The position numbers and the translations under genes are program-made. 64,000 bases of DNA from Cetorhinus maximus. Lineage: Eukaryota. The stretch lies in NCBI RefSeq assembly GCF_964194155.1, contig NC_135893.1, positions 20,088,001 to 20,152,000 on the forward strand. The letters are read 5' to 3'. This document shows, piece after piece, positions 60,373 to 64,000 of this stretch (its first letter is position 1; each line of letters starts with the position of its first letter). The notes beneath the pieces were generated by a model. It was not told the origin of the DNA. It ran no database searches and saw nothing but the letters and a program-made list of their open reading frames with translations.

Positions 60373-63300
60373 GTAACCTCAACCCCATATTCCTGCCTAC
60401 CCCCGATAACCTTTCACCCCCTTCTTAATCAAGAATCTATCTGGCTCTGCCTTAAAAATATTCAAAGTCTCTGCTTCCACCACCTTTTGAGGAAGAGAGT
60501 TCCAAAGACACACAACCCTCAGAAAAATTTTCCCTTCATCTCTGTATTAAATGAGCGACCCCTTATTTTTAAACAGTGACCCCCTAGTTCAAGATTCCCC
60601 AACAAAAGGAAGCATGCTCTCCACATCCACACTGTCAAGATCCCTCAGGATCTTAAAGGTTTTAACTAAGCCGTCTCATACACTTCAAAATTCCAGTGGA
60701 TACAAGCCTAACCTGTCCAGCCTTTCCTCATAAGACAACCCACCCATTCCTGGTATTAGTCTAGTAAACCTTCTCTGAACTTCTTCTAATGCATTTACAT
60801 CTTTCTTTAAATAAGGAGACCAGAACTGTACACAATATTCATTCCAGATGCGGTCTCACCAATGCCCTGTATAACTGAAGCATGACCTCCCTACTTTTGT
60901 AATCAATTCCCCTCACAATAAATGATAACATTCTATTAGCTTTCCTAATTACTTGCATACTAACATTTTGTGATTCATGCACTAGGGCACCCGGATCCCT
61001 TTGAATATCAGAGCTCCCCAATCTCTCACCATTTAAATAATAAGCTTCTTTTTTATTCTTCCTGCCAAAATGAACGATTTCACATTGCTCACATTATACT
61101 CCATCTGCCAGGTCTTTGCCCACTCACTTGACCTATGTCACTTTTTAGCCTCCTTACATCATCTTCAAAATTTACTTTCCTTCCTATCTTTGTGTTGTCA
61201 GCAAATTTAGCTACCATTCCTTCAGTTCCTTCATCCAAGTCATTTATATAAATTGTAAAAAAATTGAGGCCCCAGCACTGATCCCTGTGGCACACCACTC
61301 ATCACATCCTGCCAGCCAGAAAAAGACCCAATTATGCCAACTCTCTACTTCCTATTAGCTAGCAAATCTTCTATCCATGCCAATATGTTACCCCCTACAC
61401 TTTATCAAATGCCTTTTGGAAATCTAAGCACAGTACATCCACCAGTTCCCCTTTCTCCACAGCACCTGTGACGCCTTCAAAGAGCTCCAGTAAACTGGTT
61501 AAACATGATTTCCCTTTTACAAAACCATGTTGACTCTGCCTGATGACCTTGTATTTATCTAAGTGTCCTGCTATAACACCTTTAATAATAGCTTGTAACA
61601 TTTTCCCTATGACAATGTTAGTCTAACTGGCCTATAGCTTCTTGCTTTCTGTCTCCCTTCCTTTTTGAATAAAGGAGTTAGATTTGCTATTTTCCAATCT
61701 AATGGAACCTTCCCTGAATCTAGGGAATTTTGGAAAATTAAAACCTGTGCATCAACTATCTCATTAGTTACTTCTTTCAAGACCTTTGGGTGAAGTCCAT
61801 CCAGACCTGGAGATTTGTCATCCAGAAGCCCCAACAATTAGCTCAATACTACTTCCCTAGGGATTGTAATTCCACCCCTCCCCCCTCCACACCCCCCCCC
61901 CCACCCCCACCCCACCCCCTATATCCGGGATGTTACTTGTGTCCTCTATAACAAAGCCTAAAGCAAAATACCTGTTTAATTCATCCGCCATCTCTCCACT
62001 TTCCATTATCAATTCCCCAGACGCACTCTCTATAGGACCAACGTTCACTTTGTTAACTCTTTTCTTATTTAAGTATCTATAGAAACTCTTACTATCCATC
62101 TTTATATTACTATCTAGCTCTCTCATACTCTAATTTTTCCTTCCTGATTAATCTTTTTGTCATTCTTTCATGTTCTTCATATTCTTTCCAATCTCTGACC
62201 TGCCACCTGTCCTTGCATAATTATATGTTTTTTCTTTAAGTTTGATACCGTCTTTAACTTTTTTAGTTAATCACGGATGGTGGGCCCTCTCCTTGGGATT
62301 TTTCTTTCTCATTGGAATGTATATATTCAGTGTATTCTGAAATATACCTTTAAATGTCTGCCATTGAACTTCCATTGACATATCCCTTAACCTCCTTTGC
62401 CAGTTCACTTTAGCTAGCTCTGCTTTTATGCCCTCATAATTGCCCTTATTTAAGTTTAAAATACTAGTCTTGAGACTCTCATTTCTCCCTCAAAATGAAT
62501 GTAAATATTATGATCGCTGCTACCTAAGGGTGCCTTCGCTAGGAGGTTATCAATTACTCCTATCTCATTGCTCAATACCAGGTCTAGTATAACCTGCTCT
62601 CTGGTTGGCTCCAGAACGTGCTGTTCTAAGAAACTATCCCGAAAACATTCTATGAACTCCTCATCTGCACTACCTTTGTACATCTGATTTTTCCAGTATA
62701 TATGTAGATTGAAATCCCCCATGATTATTGTTGTACCTTTCTGGCAAGCTCCCATTATCTCTTCTTTTATACTCTGTTCCACTGTATAGTGACAATTGGG
62801 GGGCTTGTACACCACTCCCACAAGTGACTTCTTGCTTTCATCATTCCTCATCTCAACCCAAACCGCTTCTACATCCTGGTTTCCTGAATTTAGATCATCT
62901 CTCTCTAATGTGCTAATACCATCATTAATTAACAGAGCTACCCCTCCACCTTTTCCCAACTTCCTGTCCTTTCTAAGTGTCACATACATTCAATATTCAG
63001 GTGCCAATCTATGTCATCCTGTAGCTATGTCTCTGTAATGGCTATCAGGTTGTACTTATTTATATTTGTGCTATCAGTTCATCTGTTTTGTTTCTAATGC
63101 TAATGAGATACAGAGCCTTTAGTTTTGTCCTTTTATTATTTTTGTAGTTACTAGCCTTATCTGCTGATTTACTCTTATATTTGTACTCTCTGCCCCTTCC
63201 TGTAACAGTCTGTTTATAATTTCCCATATTAATACCTGTCTCTTGCCTTGTCTCTACTCTTTGGTTTACCACTTCTTCACAAATTTGATCCCTTGCCCCC

Positions 63301-64000
63301 ACTATTCCATTTAAAACCCTCTCTACTTCCCTAATTAGGTGGCTCATGAGGACACTAGCCCCAGCACGGTTCAGGTGTAGACCGTCCCGATGGTATAGAT
63401 CCCACTTTCCCCAATACTGGTGCCTGTGCCCCACAAACCAGAACCTACTTCTCTCACACCAGTCGTTGAGCCACGCATTCATTTCTCTCGTCTTATTTGT
63501 CCTATGTCAATTTGCATGTGGCTCAGGTAAAAATCCAGAACTTATTACCTTTGAGGCTCTGCTTCTTAATTTGGTGCCTAGCTCATCATACTGACTATGC
63601 AGAACCTCCTTCCTCATCTTGTCTATGTTGTTGGTACTTACATGGACCACGGCTCCCCGATCCTCCCCCTCCCACTGCAAGTTCCACTCCAGCCCTGAGC
63701 AGGTGTCCTGAACCCTGGCACCGGGTAGGCAACAAAGCAATCTGGACTCTTGCTCTTTGTGACAGAGAACAGTGTCAATCCCCCTCACTATACTGTCCCC
63801 TACTACCACTACATTCCTTTTTGCTCCCCCCACTTGGATAGCTTCCTGTACTATGGAGCCATGGTCAGTTTGCTCATCCACCCTGCAGCCCCCACTCTCA
63901 TCCAACAAGCTGAGAGTCTCAAACCTATATGACAATTGCAGAAGGTCACACTCCTGCACTCTGGTTCCTCTTACCTGCCTCACTCGCAGTCACACCCTTC
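60372..64000 (-). mobile_element. Near-full-length but inactivated CR1 LINE: ORF1 with SGNH/GDSL esterase, ORF2 APE endonuclease and RT; runs off the window end
   Basis: VVVGDSIVRG and RDGLHLN (ORF1, 63060-63983); GGGVALL, GVVYKPP, IMGDFN, LDLVL, SDHN (APE, 62456-62989); QHGFVKGKSCLT, LDFQKAFDKV, KFADNTK (RT); multiple frameshifts. Confidence 0.96.

Noticed and set aside
63060-63983. GDSL/SGNH esterase as a host or horizontally acquired gene
   Set aside because: It is the known esterase domain of CR1 ORF1, directly upstream of the APE-RT ORF2 and frameshifted

Overview
Eukaryotic (vertebrate) genomic DNA. The repeat content (CR1 and L2 LINEs, Deu-domain SINEs, Penelope remnants) suggests a cartilaginous fish. 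Three intron-containing genes lie in tandem on the minus strand, in the same order as human 1p36.22. DRAXIN has 6 coding exons (38678-51303, about 351 aa) plus a probable 5' non-coding exon near 54527-54750. AGTRAP has 5 coding exons (18099-32955, 169 aa). The 5' part of a C1orf167-like gene has a promoter/first exon near 14.2 kb and a 1.84-kb exon at 5841-7678, and continues off the left edge. Most of the rest is nested transposon debris: a near-full-length CR1 with esterase ORF1 at the right end, a compact pol-less Gypsy-type LTR element, a solo LTR, a hAT MITE, SINEs and a Penelope fragment with a hammerhead-like core. The strongest leads are a candidate alternative last coding exon of AGTRAP, a 4-kb G-skewed array with a 255-bp inverted duplication just inside the C1orf167-like gene, the Penelope/hammerhead remnant, and the LTR element carrying unexplained antisense sequence. 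I found no evidence for a wholly new multi-gene system. Most ORFs in the supplied track are spurious or TE-derived. All homology statements come from recalled sequences, not database searches.
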